Assembly: GCA_964016885.1 (NCBI GenBank)
Contig: OZ024742.1
Location: 83,328,001 to 83,392,000, forward strand
From: Eledone cirrhosa
Taxonomy: Eukaryota
Direction: 5' to 3'
Length of the DNA stretch: 64,000 nt
Numbering within the stretch: position 1 is the stretch's first letter; each line of letters begins with the position of its first letter. Below the pieces are notes generated by a model. The model was not told the origin of the DNA. It saw nothing but the letters and a program-made list of their open reading frames with translations, and searched no databases. The position numbers were made by a program, and so were the translations under genes. Positions 43,903 through 58,350 of the stretch are shown here, one piece after another.

Positions 43903-44958
43903 ATAGCAAAAAATAAGTAGCATAATTAAATTTAGAATCCAATGAATTTCAATTGTTTTCAAACAACTAAGGAAATACATGCAAGGGATACAATTTGTAC
44001 AGTATTTCAAATTTGTATTTCAAATTTTTTGTTCATGGATTTTAATATTCTTTAGTATTTTGTCAAAATGTTTGGGTCAGTCTGAACATCCAAGCTTGAA
44101 TATACCAAGAATATTACTGTAATCCCTTAACGATTAATATCCTGAATGTCACTTCAGTATCTGATTGTATCTATTTAGATTTCAGTTCCTTAGCTAGTGT
44201 TTTAAATAAGATTCTGTACAGTATACCTATCTACACCTCCATCAAACTAAAACATTACAATAATTTAAGGTTAATATTGCTGACATAAGTTCTGTCGTTT
44301 ACATTAACATTTCCATTCACCTTTTACTAACATGAAGTTCTCATATATTAGGTGTAAAGTATTAACGGCGTAATTTTCAACAAGTAATTAAATTGCATAT
44401 CCTGGAATTCGTTTACTCTTATGTGAAACCTGGCAATTTATCGTAGCCTGTATCATCCCAAATCTTGTGAATCAAACTTGGGAGACGGTAGCACATCGAT
44501 AGATTGTATCTGCTCTTATTTGTTAGACATAATTCCTTAACCCGTTTTAACGCTACTTCTTTGCCCTTGCTTGCCTACAGCGGAACCTAATGTATTGCAG
44601 CTACTAAAACCAAGTCTACGATTCTCTGAGAAACTGAATACTTCTATGCACTGCTATCTACTTTCCTAACACACCACTCAGGGTTGTTCTCCCACCAATC
44701 TACTAATATCTAACGGTCTTCTAATGCTGAAGCCGTAACGCTTACTTCTAAATCATAATTATATTTTTCAAATACTTCGACTGGCTGGAACCACGAGAAA
44801 AACAAAAGAGTAAATGAATTAAATAAGCTTGCAATAAAAATATATTTTGGTAAATACGGCAAGTAAGCTGAACTCTTCAATGCGGAAGGAAGACACATAA
44901 GGATATCTTCTGTAGATTCGAAACACACACAAACATATATGCACACACATACAACCAC

Positions 44959-44990
<32 letters not shown>

Positions 44991-45015
44991 ATATCTAATA
45001 TATATATATATATCT

Positions 45016-45051
<36 letters not shown>

Positions 45052-45308
45052 GATATATATATATAATATATATATACATACACATATATATATACATATA
45101 TATATGTATATACATATATATACGTACAGATATATATACATATACATATATATATATATATATACATGTATATATACATATATATATACATTATATATAT
45201 ATATATCTAATATATATATATATAATATATATATATGATATATATATATATATATATAGATAGATACACATATATATATATACATATATATATATATAGA
45301 TATATGTA

Positions 45309-45342
<34 letters not shown>

Positions 45343-45343
45343 C

Positions 45344-45481
<138 letters not shown>

Positions 45482-46104
45482 ACAAACACGCACGAAGACA
45501 CAGATTTAAATGAAATTTTACAAAACAAAAATCTTTATACATCTTACAAATTTTACTACTCTTACAATTTAGCGATAGGAAAAAAGTTATCGTGTGTGTA
45601 TTTGCATGTGCGCGCGCGTTTTTCTCTGCGTATATCTGTGTGATTTTCGCTTGTTTTGTAGTTAATCATTGAAACGTAAAAGCTCAGAGCTAGCTAATTC
45701 ACCGATAGTTCTCAATAACTTTACAAAACATAATTCAACAATCGTTTGTTAAAATATATGGCTTTACCGCCTTTGGAAGCGTAAGAAAGATTTTTCTTTG
45801 AAATGAAAGCAAGCAGAAAATAAAAAACACATCATAAACTCAAAATATCATAAACGAAAGTAAACAGAAATGATTTAAATCAAATATTATAAATATATGT
45901 GTGTGTATCTCTGTTTGTGTTTGTGAGTGGTAGTATGCATGTGTATGCGCATAACTTGTGAACGTTAATAAACACGCACACAGGACCCTATATTTTATAC
46001 CTTCGTATGTATACTTAAATACCCATGCAGGTTTCTAAATATATATATATGTGTGTGTAAAAATTCATATGTGTATATGTATATATATATATACATATAT
46101 ATAT

Positions 46105-46203
<99 letters not shown>

Positions 46204-46261
46204 CATACATATGTATATATATATATATACATATATATATACATATACATATACATATATA

Positions 46262-46294
<33 letters not shown>

Positions 46295-46309
46295 TGTATA
46301 TACATACAT

Positions 46310-46360
<51 letters not shown>

Positions 46361-46426
46361 GAAACACCCATACATATGTATATATATATATATACATATA
46401 TATATACATATACATATACATATATA

Positions 46427-46494
<68 letters not shown>

Positions 46495-46506
46495 TTGTAT
46501 ATACAT

Positions 46507-46555
<49 letters not shown>

Positions 46556-47005
46556 GAAACACCCATACATTTATGATTTGTGTGCGTATGTATGTTTGTG
46601 TGTGTTTGCCTCTCTGTGTGTGTATGTGTGTGAAAGTTGCCACCGTTTGTACGGTCTCTTAACATACCTATATAAAAGTTCACATGTATATATGTGTGAA
46701 TGCGGTTACTTTTAAAATGCGTTTTCCATATGTATCTCTGCGGGTGTATGTTTATATTTTATTTTGGTATCTTGACAAATATCTTCTGAATGGTAATAAA
46801 GAAGAATTATGATGCCATTATTTATTGTTGTAAAAATAACAATAACATACTTGTGTTAATGTTGGTGGTGGTGATGACGGGGTAAATTACTGATGCATGA
46901 AAAGATATTTATGAAAAAGCCTGTGAATATAAAATTTATACAATAAGACTATGAATAGAAATTAATATTATAATAATGAATATATATATATATATATTAT
47001 TATAA

Positions 47006-47126
<121 letters not shown>

Positions 47127-48416
47127 AAATATATGTGTATATGTATGAATATATATATGTCTGTGTCAGACATATATATATATATTATATATATATTATA
47201 TATTTATATTCATATATATATATATATTTATACATATATGTATGTATGTATAAATATATATATATATATGTATGAATATATATATAATATATATAATATA
47301 TATATATATAAGTCTGTGTGTCTGTGTGTGTGTATAAGAGCTGATTGTGTCAGTGCGTGAGGACGAATTTGTGTGTGTAACTATGAGTATAAGAACAGCA
47401 CGGTTTAAAAACGGGAAAATAAATGAAACAAACAAATTTATAATGAAGAAGAGTGTATTAATAAATAACAATCATAAAAATCCATCCTTTATTAGCCACA
47501 AGAACGACGAAAAGAGACATTGTAAAAGTATTGCAAAAATAATGATGGGTGTTTACATCTAATGCCAAAATATATATATATTCGTAAGAAAAATTCCTAA
47601 CATATAAGTATGTGTGTGCTAGATGGAGAAAATACACAAAATAGAACACCTCACAATTTCAACACCATGGACAGAGTCGTCCCTTAATAGAAATTTTCAA
47701 ATGAAAATATATTTTAAACTTTCTGTCACTGTGCTCTTTTCATCTATCCATCTTTCTATAAATTTACTGGAGAGCAACTTAATTCTGCACTTTGAGAAAG
47801 TATTTAAAGTGATAATTGAAAATACGAGGGTTTAGCTGATGACACATATGAGTCGTTCGTTCTCACAATACTGTCCACTACAGTAGTCACTAATATTCGG
47901 AAATTGAAGGACTGCTTGTAAAACAATTTTTCACAATCCATATAATGTTATCAGGAGAGACTGACGTCAATAGTGTGTCTGTAGAGTTTATATGAAACTT
48001 CCATCTCCACCTCCCTCATCTGTAGCACACTCAACACGCACAGTCCTTCATCTAAAGTCCAGTCTTTGCAGAGCGTGTTGGCGGCAGATGGGCCACAAAA
48101 TTTGATCTTTTTTCTGTAAGAGACTGTCTACATTGCTCGTCACCCAAACCCAGTTCTAGTTCAGCTAGAGATCTGGACGAAACGAGACATCGAGCAATTT
48201 AAATGATCGCTCCGTCAATCGCCGTACGACACTACTGGACGGTATAGACCTGCCTCACTGTGTGCCGAGCTGTAGGACCACTGACGTTTTGGCTTAACAA
48301 AAAATATACAAAAGTACATAAAACAGTACTAGTGTGGTTGAAGATATTAAACCCAAATATAAATATGAAGATACGTGCATAATATAGGCACATGCACATA
48401 TCCAGATATCTTAATG

Positions 48417-48450
<34 letters not shown>

Positions 48451-48792
48451 GCGCAAAATCAATTTTTAACATTCACATGACCTCTACCGACCAATCGAAA
48501 TTGTTTTGACCACAAGAATTTTTGCAACACGAATTGGCGCGAAACTTATTTTAATACATCTGGAGCAACTTTTTTCACATAAAACAGGTAGAATTTCCAA
48601 AACTAATCAGATTAGAGCAAACATCACGGGCGCTCTATCTCAAAATTATTTTTGAAAAGCATTAGAAATGCGCAACCGGTAAAACTTAAAACCAAAACTG
48701 AATACTAACCAATACTATTACTAATTTTCACTTATTCCTAATTAAACTATTTTTCACTGTGAACAATTTGTCACCATTTTCTTTTCCGTTTA

Positions 48793-48853
<61 letters not shown>

Positions 48854-48947
48854 GCATATATAAATATGTATTTGTTTTGCGAGGTTTTTTATATGAAATC
48901 GTGTGTCGAAACAAATATTGTTATACTTGGGGAGGGTCATATTGTTG

Positions 48948-49131
48948 TAATAATTGTTTCTACTTTTGGGCACAAGGCCAGCAATTATCCCAGTGTATTA
49001 CTGGTACTTTATGTTATCGACCTCGTAAGGATGAAAGGCAAAGTTAACCTCGGCGGGATTTGAACTCAGTCCGTAAAGGGACGTAACTGTGCCACAAAGC
49101 ATGGTGTCCGACCCTCTACCGATACTGCCAA
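48948..49131 (-). mobile_element. tRNA-derived Meta-like SINE
   Basis: Matches the 43022-43204 copy. Confidence 0.85.
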
Positions 49132-49275
49132 TAATGTTGCCAGAATTAATAACAGAACACACTCACTGTTTGGTTGGTTTTCGCTTCTGTATCTTTTATA
49201 TCAGATATAAAAGATACAGAAGCGAAAACCAACAAAACAGTGAGTGTGTTCTGTTATTAATTCTGGCAATATTAT
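49131..49275. repeat. Near-perfect inverted repeat (~70-bp arms, minimal loop)
   Basis: Centre tatatc-a-gatata near 49203; one arm recurs at 15243-15320. Confidence 0.95.
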
Positions 49276-49511
49276 TACAACAATATATATATATACATAT
49301 ATATATATAATGTTTTTGTAAATAAACTAGAGGTGAGTCAGTAGAAGACACATTTTCCCGCTTAATAATGAAATATGAGATATATTTGAATAGGATGGAA
49401 TGTAACAAAGGAAATATTTGAAAGCAAGCGTAAAAACGTGAAGCAAGTGAATTGTTAATATTTACTGAAAAGCAAAATAGGTATAAAACATTTATCGAAA
49501 AACGAAACAAT

Positions 49512-49738
49512 TTAATAATAATAATAATTGTTCTACTTTGGGGCACAAGGCCAGCAATTTGAAGAGGAGGGGAGAGTCGATTAAATCGACCCCAATGCAT
49601 TACTGGTCCTTTATTTTATCGACCCCTTAAAAATGAAAGGCAAAGCTAACCTGGGCGGGATGTGAACGCAGAATGTAAAGGGCTACAACTCTATACTGCA
49701 ATGCATGGTGTCTAACGCTTTATTGATACTGCCAATCC
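49512..49738 (-). mobile_element. tRNA-derived Meta-like SINE with (AAT)n tail
   Basis: Long variant containing gtcgattaaatcgac. Confidence 0.85.
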
Positions 49739-49799
49739 AGGGCTTACATTAAGAGGACAACAAGGACGGTACGGGATGGTACATTCTGGGTTTTTTGTG

Positions 49800-50410
49800 G
49801 GAGAGAAAAGCTTATAAATATATATAAGAGAGAAAGGTTTATAATGAAGACTAAAAAATAAACTTTTAATAATAAAACAAATTCCCTAAAAGTGGAGAAA
49901 AACCACAAAAATCTACAGCAACTTTGACCGCTAGAACAGGTGCCCCCTCTCAGATGTTCTCCTCCAAGCGCATACTCAAAGCAAGCTCATTCACGCGAAT
50001 CATGCTCGCTTCTCTCACCCTCCATTTAAATTGTTATCATCAGGTGAAATCTGAAAAGGGTAATTGGGCTTTGCTGAAGAGAAAAGTGCTTGACTTAAAA
50101 CATTTCAAGCGCGTCAACCACGCGACCCCTTTCGTTATGACCATCAGGCAGATAAAAACTGCCTGTCCTTCTCCCTTAAAGGAATACTGAGGAGCGATCT
50201 CCTCAATGGATTCAGTTGATAGTCGGATCCGTCCCACACGTGGCAGCAGGTGTTCGACATAAACCACGGGTCAGCAATACACAGACACTCGATGAATGTG
50301 TGCAGCACTGTTTCGTTGACCTGCGAACATCTCGGACTGGCCCGGCTGACAGCACTTCCATTTCGGTAGCATTGCCAGGCCAGAGCTTTCTGGAAGCAAA
50401 ATTTCTCTAG
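49800..50410 (-). mobile_element. Tx1/L1-clade LINE 3' end (CCHC zinc knuckle region)
   Basis: Minus frame PRCSQVNETVLHTFIECLCIADPW, then a hydrophobic C-terminus (50040-50267). Confidence 0.7.
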
Positions 50411-50629
50411 AAAAGAGAGACCAGTTGATTTTCTCAGCTACCCACACCCACCCCCAAAATCTAGTCGTTTTTTCCGCTACGAGATCACTTTAGAAAGCTA
50501 AGGTGAAGTTTCCACGGATCGCAACGCCCGATTGGCTGTCGGCTATGAGCGCTGGGAAACATTGCAGTTTCCAAATACTCCTTCTCGGTCTGCAGCTCTG
50601 TCAACGAGACAAACAGTTGAAAATTGCGT

Positions 50630-50704
50630 CAAGAAGAAGAAGAAGAAGAAGAACAACAACAACAACAACAACAACAACAAAAACAACAACATCATCATCA
50701 TCAA

Positions 50705-50751
<47 letters not shown>

Positions 50752-50790
50752 ATAACAACAACATGAACAATAACAGCAACAACAACAAAA
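50630..50790. repeat. Compound (AAG)n(AAC)n(ATC)n microsatellite
   Basis: Direct observation. Confidence 0.97.
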
Positions 50791-51002
50791 CAATGGATGA
50801 TAATTCTACTAATTAAATTTAGGATGGTAATATAGGTGATAAAAATTAAAGAGAGAATGTTTGTGGAAGAAAATTTGTTTTGCGAGTAAAGGACATTTGA
50901 ATATATGAATACGTAACTAGAGTAAAGTGGAATTTCGAAAAACATTGTCTTTGGTTACATTATAATATATAGAGTGAATGTAGGAGCCAACATTTACATA
51001 TG

Positions 51003-51048
<46 letters not shown>

Positions 51049-51292
51049 TTTATATGAGATGGCCACATGAATGGACCTGTTTTTTTCTCTAATTTCTTTT
51101 CCGATTCCGCACTTTCCGTCCCTTCAATCTTTCTAATTTTTAATCATTTCTTCCGATAAAAGACTAGCGTACGAAACGATGATACTCTCATCCTGCTATT
51201 TCAAGCGTTAAACTAATATATTCCTTCCATATATACTCTACCGATTGTGTTGTTATTTCTCTTTACTTTTTACACACACACACACACATACA

Positions 51293-51368
<76 letters not shown>

Positions 51369-51877
51369 AATATAAATTAGCGAGAATCGTATTTCGGCTA
51401 TTGGAAATTAGCGAAAAACAACTTCCGAGATGTGTGGCAAGCGCTCCATAGAAGCTATGAACTAGAGCTACAACATATGTTAAAAGGCCAAACACACTGA
51501 GACGATGGTTAAACCATTATCCGCACAACCATAGAAACGACCAAGTAATTCGGGTCAAACAAATAAAATATGATTGAAAATTATACCCGGACCCGTGGAA
51601 GGCTGGTAAAATGCAGCATTTGGGTTTCTGCAACTCATAAACCAGGTACTGTCTGCTTAGATAAATAATGTTAAGCTTTTGGTAAGATGATCGAACAAGG
51701 AAGTCACTTTCTCAACAGGCTTTTAGTTCAGTGCCAAGCCAAGGACTGGCCGTTATCAAAACTCTTGTGAGGCTCGACAAGTGGCGCAACCCTTAGTTTT
51801 GGCGGATGAATTCAGTATGTGTGTTATTGCAAAATTGCAAAATATCACAAAATGAATTAATTTCTCAACAGACGCGC

Positions 51878-51925
<48 letters not shown>

Positions 51926-52175
51926 GGAAAAAATGAAACAAAATTTCATTTCTCACTCTTAGTACGGCTGTTACTTAAATATAAGTATGTATACGTACAT
52001 ACATATATATATAGTATGTATATATATATACATACATGCACACATATATATGTGTACGTATGGATTCACCGAACATTTATTATAATGCTCGGTGTGTTTG
52101 TAAACAAACATCCCGAATTAAGCCGAACAGTGTCTAGCAACCATCGTTGCTCATTTGTTCAACACTGACAAAGGA

Positions 52176-52218
52176 ACGCTGTACTAGTTTCAAGCTTATT
52201 AGCTATCGTCAGCAACGT
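52176..52218 (-). ncRNA. Minimal type I hammerhead (family F)
   Basis: acgttg CTGACGA t-agct-aata-agct-t GAAA ctag TA cagcgt; palindrome ACTAGT. Confidence 0.9.
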
Positions 52219-52545
52219 ATACCTTCCTGCCAGATGGTTGAACGTCTGAAAGTATAAACTTTCCTTATGCATATTAACGGCTGAGCAGCCTAATTTGCAT
52301 ATCGAGTGAGTTAATCGGCCAGGGTACCGAAAACGATAAACGGAAAAAATGAAACGAAATATCATTTCTCATTCTTAGTACGGCTGTTAGTTAAATATAG
52401 GTATGTATACGTACATACTTATATTTATCGTTTTCGGTACCCCGGCCGATTAACTCACTCGATATGCAAATTAGGCTGCTCATACGTTAATATGCATAAG
52501 GAAAGTTTATACATTGAGACGTTCAACCATCTGGCAGGTAGGTAT

Positions 52546-52588
52546 ACGTTGCTGACGATAGCTAATAAGCTTGAAACTAGTACAGCGT
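52546..52588 (+). ncRNA. Minimal type I hammerhead (family F, inverted copy)
   Basis: Same motif on the plus strand. Confidence 0.9.
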
Positions 52589-52791
52589 TCCTTTGTCAGT
52601 GTTAAACAAATGAGCAACGATGGTTACTAGACACTGTACGGCTTAATTCGGGATGTTTGTTTACAAACACACCGATCATTATAATAAATGTTCGGTGAAT
52701 CCATACGTACATATATATATGTGTGAACGTATGTATAAATATATACATACTACTGTACGTCTGTATACATATATGTATGTACGTATACATA

Positions 52792-52882
<91 letters not shown>

Positions 52883-53039
52883 GCGCGTACGTATGTAAAT
52901 ATAGATGGAGGAAAAGAGAGTGAGGAAAAGAGAGTGAGTAAATTATAGTATATATATAGTAAATAGAAGAACCAACTTACATATATATGCGTGTATATGT
53001 GTTTGAGTGTGTGCATGTATGTAAGTATTTATGGATAGA

Positions 53040-53680
53040 GGAAAACCTAGGTACATTCATAAGAACTCTAGCCACCACCCCTCCACCCAGCATTTAAAAA
53101 TCTCAGTAATAACATCAGTAAGAGTGTTTCCACCCTCTCTTCTAGCAAAGCCATATTTGACAGGGCAGCCCCCTACTACAACATAATCCTAAGCAACAGT
53201 GGCTTCTCCACGAGAGTCATTTACTTGTCAGATCACCGCCCTATATCCAGGAAGAAAAAGACTAGACACAAAGCCGTCGTGAAGGTCGCTCCACCATTCA
53301 CACTCAATGTGAAGAACAATCTAGATAGAAAATTCCTAGCTCTCCTAGATTTTCACTCTCCTGTAGGCCATATATACTGACAAATATTCAACCGCCATAT
53401 AGTGATAATAGGCTACTCTTGTTCCAGTAACATCACCAACAAACGCAAAAGCCTTCCACCTTACATATGCTTAAGCAGAAGGTCAGAGGCATGTTCACCG
53501 GATCAACAGCGCAACACTCCATCGGTGATATATTTAACAGAAGTGACCTCTACTAACCAGAACCACAAATCTGAAGCTTGGACTTATCTCGGATTGACTG
53601 AGAGCCGGTTCAAAAGCCGTTTCCTGAATCACGAAACAATCTTGAGACATCCTGACTATGTTGAAAAATAAATCTCATTT
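53040..53680 (+). mobile_element. Decayed Naiad-like Penelope fragment
   Basis: RVSTLSSSKAIFDRAAPYYN, PPFTLNVKNN, IFNRH..GYSC, YLGLTESRFKSRFLNH; homologous to 28620-29200. Confidence 0.85.
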
Positions 53681-54079
53681 GGTCATTCGATGAGAATAAC
53701 TTGGTCAGCCTATGAAATGTTTAGTCTATGAACTTTTCAGTCCATGAGTTTTTCACCCGACCCTGTTACATGCATATCATATATTCCCATAACTATATTA
53801 CTCATACCCTACATATACCATATGCATACGCATAACACATACTTATACAAGATATATACACACAATATCTCTTTATAATGCACACCTGCTAAATGTTTGC
53901 ACATTATATGCATCTGCTACATATATACATATGTGTATGTGTATGTGCTGGTGGTATGTACAATTCTTTTCGTAAGGAAGTACCTCATGAGTTAAGAACT
54001 AAAAGAGAAACTAAGTTCCATCGTTAAAATTTGAAATATATAAATGGTGTATATCACAGATTAAATTTTAGAAAGGTAC

Positions 54080-55020
54080 CATATATTTTTACTGTTTCTA
54101 GTGCATGCAGATAGTATCGTCATTTTGCAGGAATTTCGCTCAGCCCCTTCTGACAGCTCTTCCAATGTCCCCGATAGTACTGCCAGAACAGAGTTCTGGA
54201 AATTATCTGTAGTCCTGTGGAACAGACGAAACAGTTCATTCTCGTTGACAGCTAGGACTTCCCTGGGAACGTCATCACTCTTGACAGCCATTAATCCTCT
54301 TTTTATTGTTAATTATCGAGCTTTCACCGATTGTAGTAAACACAAGACATGTCAGGTGTCAGTAGACTTGCTTTGGTCTTTACTTCATTCAACATTGAAA
54401 CTCAGTCAGGGAAATTAGCCTCGTAAAAGTGAAACAGACAAAAGGCCACCACACCCATTCTGTCCAGAAAGCTATGCAAATGCTACAACCTCAGTGCATT
54501 TTTGTGCATCAACAGACACAGCATGCTGAATCATCCGTGCAGTGAGTGGTGGCAACAGATGGACGAGCTAGCTAATAGGACACTGCCTTTCCATGATATG
54601 TGGAAGAGAAGACGCTTCATTCTAGTCAAACGAGAGCTAGGACAAGTACGATATCTAAAACGGTTAATAACCGCAGAGTGCATGTTAGCATTTACCACCT
54701 CTGTCCGACATTCCGGTAGTAGCTTCCTCTTGGGCCATTTCTGTACGAAACCTGCCAGCTTTTTAGTACCCCCAATGCCCCCCCCCCTCCCCCTCTGAAG
54801 GTCCAGATAGAACTTGACCTCAATTAATTTGGCCGGTCCCTCCGTCCACCGTCCCAGAACTTTGTCCGATGGAAGGGACTAGCTACCAGAAGTGCCGAGC
54901 TGAAATCCCATTGACTTGTCCGGCTTGATTTTTACTCCAGTCACCGCCTCAGATTCCTTTAGAGGAGAGCCGATCACCTCTGATTTCGTCGTATCAGGCT
55001 CCATCAATGTGATGGTATTG
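54080..55020 (-). mobile_element. Decayed Tx1/L1-clade RT region
   Basis: LKESEAVTGVKIKPDKSMGFQLG and VPLVRRSICCHHSLHG*FSMLCL..ALRL*HL resemble Tx1-type RT and thumb motifs. Confidence 0.65.
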
Positions 55021-55520
55021 AAACCCCTTTATCGTAAACAAGTAATTAATAAGTATGATTTGAACTAAGAACAGCATCAATTACCCCGAAATTTAGAAAA
55101 TAATCTATACGTATTACAAGTTGCTACTGTCTGCATCAACACAAAATATATACCGCATACCGACACACGCACAAACACAAATACACACGCACACAAACAC
55201 TAACACAGATACAGATACACTCTCTGACATATTCAAGGAAAAAATGAGAGAAAACAGAAGGAACGTAAAGCTGGAAGTCATTTTACCAAATTAATAAATG
55301 GAATTAAATAGAAGCTAACTAGAAAAAGAGGGTAAGATGAGGAGAGGAGTGGGAGGAAATAAATAAATGAGAGAAATAACTCCATCTCTTATCTTTACAA
55401 ATATACACACACATCTGCTTACATACGAACACATATATGCAGATATAATGCAAACACAGACAGAGATAGATACATACACTCATATAGAGAGATGTGTATG
55501 TATGTATGTATATATGTATT

Positions 55521-55555
<35 letters not shown>

Positions 55556-55626
55556 GTATGTACACATATGTATGTATATATATAGAGATATATGCATATA
55601 TATGTATGTATATATATATGTGCGTA

Positions 55627-55721
<95 letters not shown>

Positions 55722-55733
55722 ATGTATACATAA

Positions 55734-55780
<47 letters not shown>

Positions 55781-57049
55781 AGTGTGTATATATATTTGTG
55801 TGTGTGTGTGTCTGTGTGTATAAACAGTGTGAGTGTGGGGTGGGAATGAGATCAATTGAATAAGAAACCATTTGGTTGGATTGGAACCAGCAAATGGGGG
55901 ATTGCAGAGACAACAGGCAGCAAGCAGAACAGTTACTCATGAACGAACTTAGAAATCTCTTGCTACTTACTTCTAAGATTCCATTGTACGGACAATTGAA
56001 CACGTCTTTCAACTGATTAATGGCTAGCAACAAATGAAATTTTTACTGCAGACCCGTGAGGGAAAGATTTTTAATTGATAACAGTCTGAGGGAAGCCTTT
56101 CACGTATAATTTGAGCTGTTGCTTTTGCTATTGTTGTTGTGTTTGTATTTTTAGTTCTAGTCGTTTGGTTGTTGTTGTTTTTTTTATTTTTAGTAAATCT
56201 GTATTCCTTGCTCTCCCCCCCCCCCCCCCTCTTTCTACCATAGTTTCTTTCTTTCAGTTTTGTTGTTTATTTCACTATTCATTCAATCATATATTCATTC
56301 ATTCATTCAATCATATGTTCATTTATGTATTCAATCATTTAGTCAGATTCTCATTTATTTTTCTCTCTACCTTTCATAATTCCCTCCTTCCTACCTTTCC
56401 GATGGCGTTCTTCATATTTCTTTACCGTCTTTCTTTCTCTCCATCGTTCGTTCATTATTTTTTACCATCAACCGTTTATACATGTCGTTTGCTATTTCTT
56501 CTTTTCTTTCCACCATTTTGTTTCCTTTCAACTTATCCTTTTCTTTCTTTCTCTTTCTCAATGTTTCTCCCTTTCATTCTTTTCAACCTCGCTTTTAATG
56601 ATGTACCTTCATTCCGTCCCACCCCAGCTCCATTTTCGTGATTCATCATCATGATCGTTAGCATCATATCCCTCATCCTTAATCTCATCATATCTGTTCA
56701 CCTCCTACACCTTTGCCTACTCCCTACAGTACAGCGGCTCTTTCCCATCATCATCATCATCATACGATTTTTTTTTTCGCTCTTTTTTATTTTATGAATT
56801 GAAAATAAAAAGAAAAGCATAGTATGGATGATGAAAGTTGGTATATGCCGTTCAACTAAGGCTGGATTATGTACTGCAGGGTTTTAGGTACTGATTTCCA
56901 ATTAAAGCTTCAGAAGAAGTGCTATAGCAAATACCGACTGGATGGACCTCCTTCGGTTTCGACGATTTGTGTTCCAGTTATTTGCTAGTTAATTAACGTG
57001 TAAATAGATGAAGATTCCAGAGATAGTTGCATCATTAATGAAATTCTCA

Positions 57050-57240
57050 AGGTGACTCAGCGTGACACAATGTGAGACAAGGCTGGCCCTTTGAATTATA
57101 GTTATAATCTATCCGACGGGTTTCTAGACAGTTTCCTTTGAACCACCTTAATTCCAAAGACTTGTGTCGGCTCAAGTCTAAGGTAAATGACGCATGCACA
57201 ATATGACACACAATAGGAACAAACTCACACCTAATGTTTC
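57050..57240 (-). mobile_element. Degenerate second SINE family
   Basis: gggtttctagacagtttcc...gtcggctcaagtcta.. resembles a common octopus SINE as I recall it; not verified. Confidence 0.45.
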
Positions 57241-57784
57241 ATTCGTTCATGTTGCATCTTTTTTTTAAACAGTGTTTAGTAATATTACAATATAATTGCT
57301 ACTTGTGCATGGGGAGACTAATATATGAGGTATGGGTTTAAATTTCTTCTGATAGCATACATAACCAGAAATATAGAAATATTTCTACTCGGTATTAAGT
57401 AAATATAGTGTTACCACTGTCAGTTGTATTTTCAATCTTCGAAAATTGATCTGGCGAAAGATACGTTTTAGGGCAATTGCCCTAGCGCTCACGGTAACCG
57501 TAACTTTTTGTAGTCTTTCTACACGAGTGACCCTCGGAGGTATCCCCACTTTTGAGGAAATAGTTATGTTTTGATTTTTTAATACTTCTTTTTTTAGTCT
57601 TCGTTATAAATTTTCTCTCACACAAAAAATCCACACTGTGCCGTCTTGAACCGTCATAATTGTCCTCTTAATCTGTGTGGTTAATAAAGAAATATTATTT
57701 TTGTTTCTTTGCTCACCTTCTAACTCTGGAGATCTATTACAGTGTTAGGTGTTCACTACCAGTGAACTGAGGTAACACCCCTTA

Positions 57785-58095
57785 TGGTTCGAGTAACCTC
57801 CGGAGTATTCGAGCTGTTCCAAGCAATGCTGGTTTTGTAAGTGTTCCACCCGTATTGCAATCCCTATTTGTTTTATGTACTTCTCAAGATCTCTACTCAC
57901 TGTTCCCACAACTCCAACTATTATTGGTATTCCCACCACCATTTTGAGTTACCACAACTGCTTAATCTCCCAAGTTAACCTCTCATATCTATTAATTGTT
58001 TTCCTTCTTTATTGCCTACCTTGTTATCAGCTGGATAGGCTATATCTATGATACAACACGATTTGCTTTCTTTCTCATTTAATACAATACCTACG
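57785..58095 (-). mobile_element. R4/Dong-like RLE LINE 3' end, interrupted by a SINE
   Basis: IVLNEKESKSCCIIDIAYPAD..WEIKQLW..IPIIVGVVGTV..ALLGTARILR. Confidence 0.85.
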
Positions 58096-58124
58096 CTCCA
58101 ACACTGTTTGCTTTCTTTCGCAAT

Positions 58125-58350
58125 TAATTGGATTGGCAGAATCAGTAGAGCGTCAGGCACCATGCTTTGCAGCATAGGGTCACGGCTCTTTACATTTTGT
58201 GTTCAAATCCCGCCGAGGTTAGCTTTGCCTTTCATCCTTACGAAGTCGATAAAATAAAGCACCAGTAATGCACTGGGGTCGATTTAATCGACTTTCCGGT
58301 TCCTTGAAATTGCTTGCCTTGTGCCTAATATAGAAACAATTATCATTATT
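58125..58350 (+). mobile_element. tRNA-derived Meta-like SINE, full length
   Basis: A-box tggcagaatcag, B-box gttcaaatc, gcctttcatccttacgaagtcgataaaa. Confidence 0.9.

Larger units (their letters stand above)
51921..52795. mobile_element. Non-coding hammerhead retroelement family F (~416-nt monomer), long palindrome
   Basis: taaacggaaaaaatgaaac at 51921 and 52337; +52424..52795 is the reverse complement of about 51980..52340; flanked by (TA)n. Confidence 0.9.

Noticed and set aside
56111-56641. 176-aa Phe/Ser-rich membrane-like ORF (also 58787-59113)
   Set aside because: Pyrimidine-rich low-complexity DNA that is depleted of stop codons.
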